A DNA stretch of 4,059 nucleotides, taken from IMG/VR virus record IMGVR_UViG_2671180770_000009; one strand, written 5' to 3'. The notes below the pieces were generated by a model. That model was given only the letters and a program-made list of their open reading frames with translations. It was not told the origin of the DNA and searched no databases. Positions 3,975 to 4,059 of the stretch are shown here, piece after piece. Source of the DNA: a virus (Duplodnaviria; Heunggongvirae; Uroviricota; Caudoviricetes). Made by a program: the position numbers and the translations under genes. Position 1 is the stretch's first letter, and each line of letters begins with the position of its first letter.

Positions 3975-4059
3975 ATCGAACTTTTGCTGAGTTGAAGGAT
4001 CAGATCACGCATCCTCCCGACAACACAGACCATTCCGTGGCAAAGCAAAAGTTCAGAAT
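3975..4059 (+). other. Conserved N-distal region, resembling the lambda sequence downstream of N (tL1 neighbourhood)
   Basis: ttgaaggatcagatcacgcatcctcccgacaac...ccgtggcaaagcaaaagttca is nearly identical, from memory, to a lambda segment found downstream of N in pL-based vectors. Recollection only, not verified by alignment. Confidence 0.35.

Noticed and set aside
1-4059. Searched for CRISPR repeats, tRNA or rRNA genes, IS elements with terminal inverted repeats, and integrase or att sites
   Set aside because: No regularly spaced direct repeats, no cloverleaf-compatible tRNA-like segment, and no transposase-like ORF were found by eye. Recombination genes would lie outside this window.

Overview
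This window reads as the immunity and early-regulatory region of a lambdoid (lambda/P22-like) prophage from an enterobacterial host, inverted relative to the usual lambda map. All calls rest on reading the sequence and on recalled protein and site sequences; no database search or folding was run. Minus strand, right to left: a Cro-like HTH gene (787..554), a nutR site (boxA and boxB), a CII-like activator (415..119) and the first 28 codons of a lambda O-like replication gene (86..1). An oop-like antisense RNA with its intrinsic terminator lies on the plus strand across the cII 3' end. Plus strand: a CI-like repressor with an S24 peptidase domain (901..1605), then four tightly packed accessory genes (1666..3129) ending at an intrinsic terminator (3138..3163), then an AT-rich OL/pL-like region, a P22-type nutL boxB, a structured leader and an N-like antiterminator (3636..3974). 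The most interesting feature is the four-gene cassette in the slot where lambda carries rexA-rexB: a DUF3024-like protein, an orphan protein, a 50-aa ORF coupled by an ATGA overlap, and a tail-anchored coiled-coil membrane protein. By position it is a candidate lysogen-expressed phage-exclusion or abortive-infection module, but function is inferred from context only.
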